A DNA stretch of 64,000 nt from Takakia lepidozioides (Eukaryota > Plantae > Bryophyta): the NCBI GenBank assembly GCA_030704615.1, contig CM060733.1, positions 67,890,001 through 67,954,000 on the forward strand. Reading direction: 5' to 3'. Both the position numbers and the translations under genes were made by a program. Shown piece by piece: positions 62,601-64,000 of the stretch. The notes beneath the pieces are model-generated. The model did no database searches and was not told the origin of the DNA. It worked only from the letters and a program-made list of their open reading frames with translations. Position 1 is the first letter of the stretch; each line of letters begins with the position of its first letter.

Positions 62601-64000
62601 AAATGTGGTGCCGCATTTCCGTCCTAACTGACACCTAAGCATCCTTGATACATGGTGGGATGATAATCCGGTGCCGCATTTCCGTCCGGGCTCCCATTCC
62701 ACCATGCATTTTTAACAATCTGGACGGAAATGCGTTGCCGCATTTTCGTCCGGACTGACACCTAAGCATCCCTTAACACCTGGTGGGACGGAAATGCGGC
62801 GCCGCATTTCCGTCTGGGGTCCCACTGGACCATGCCTTTCTACCATTGTGGATGGAAATGCGGCAGCGCATTTCCGTCCCGACTCGCATCCCCCTTTGCA
62901 CGATGATCATCATTTGGGGAAAAGAGGTGGGCGGGATGAACCTGGCGACGGAAATGCGCTGCCGCATTTTTGTCCGGACTAACACCTACCGATCACTTTA
63001 TACCTAGTGGGACGGAAATGCGGCACCGCATTTCCATCCGGGTTCCCACTAGACCATGCCTTCCTACCATTGTGGATGGAAATGTGGTGCCGCATTTCCA
63101 TCCTAACTGACACCTAAGCATCCTTGATACATGGTGGGATGATAATCCGGTGCCGCATTTCCATCCGGGCTCCCATTCCACCATGCATTTTTAACAATCT
63201 GGACGGAAATGCGTTGCCGCATTTTCGTCCGGACTGACACCTAAGCATCCCTTAACACCTGGTGGGACGGAAATGCGGCGCCGCATTTCCGTCTGGGGTC
63301 CCACTGGACCATGCCTTTCTACCATTGTGGATGGAAATGCGGTGCCGCATTTCCGTCCTAACTGACACCTAAGTATCCTTGATACATGGAGAGATGATAA
63401 TCCGGTGCCGCATTTCCGTCCAGGCTCCCATTCCACCATGCATTTTTAACAGTCTGATCGGAAATGCGGTGCCGCATTTCCGTCTGGGCTCCAACTGTAC
63501 GATCCCTAAACAGGTGGTCGGATGGAAATGCAGTGCCGCATTCCTGTCCAGACATTGCTTTCCCGAGAGTCTGGACGGAAACGCGCCACCGTATATCCGT
63601 CCGGACTGATAGTGGACCATCCCTTCATTTCTAGTGGGACGGAAATGCGTTGCCGCGTTTCCGTCCAGAAGACCACTTCAGTTTGCGTACTTGGCAGTTG
63701 AAGGGAAATGCGGCGCCGCATTTCCGTCCGGACTGTCATTGTACCTTTTCTTAATGACAGCTTCGACGGAATTGCGGTGCCGCATTCCAGGCCCGCTACC
63801 ACTTACTCTGGCAGACAGGACATCGAAACGGAAGTGCGGCACCGCATTCCCGTCGAACTTGCCAAACAACCTTTTCTTCATGAGAATGGGGACGGAAATG
63901 CGGTGCCGTATTTCCGTCCCAGCTGCCCTCCACGCTTGCCTTCAGTAAAGAGGGTTCACGAAGGGGCGGAAATGCGGTACCGCATTTACCACTGACTGCC
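59676..64000. repeat. Large array (roughly 50-55 copies) of the palindrome (GAC)GGAAATGCGGCGCCGCATTTCC(GTC), running off the window end
   Basis: Three sub-arrays: ~60-bp units (59830-60640), A/T- and G/C-run-rich dimeric units (60720-62310), and 63-64-bp units with a 479-bp higher-order duplication (62375 onward). Confidence 0.97.

Noticed and set aside
59676-64000. True CRISPR array, or coding ORFs (GNAAPHF / KCGAAF / EMRRRI peptides)
   Set aside because: Spacers are duplicated in blocks and partly related, repeats are degenerate, and there is no cas. The peptides are just the palindrome read in different frames.

Overview
Eukaryotic nuclear DNA from a land plant, probably non-seed/bryophyte-like (inference from spliceosomal introns, RETICULATA, Dof and PPR-DYW sequences). 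Two host genes sit head-to-head in the middle: a RETICULATA-related DUF3411 gene (-, 30810-35517) and eIF5B (+, 36114-46225). The rest is nested transposons. An old Ty3-type integrase is split by a complete chromovirus LTR retrotransposon (829-19718, TSD CCCTA). Its 5' LTR is in turn split by a ~12-kb Mutator-like DNA transposon (~1149-13101), which is the main candidate for a novel system. That element carries (i) a GCM-like DBD + MULE DDE + SWIM transposase, (ii) a divergent ~9-exon gene fusing a ParB/Srx-like domain to a prokaryote-type beta-class DNA amino-methyltransferase domain, and (iii) about 18 tandem 116-bp repeats, each holding a 40-bp palindrome. Remnants of diverged relatives lie at 20.7-22.6 kb and 51.5-64 kb, each next to its own palindrome array. 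All arrays share a CG-N4-CG centre with family-specific arms, and one has ATGCGG half-sites like the animal GCM site. Domain calls are by-eye motif recognition, not database hits. Many frameshifts may be consensus errors.
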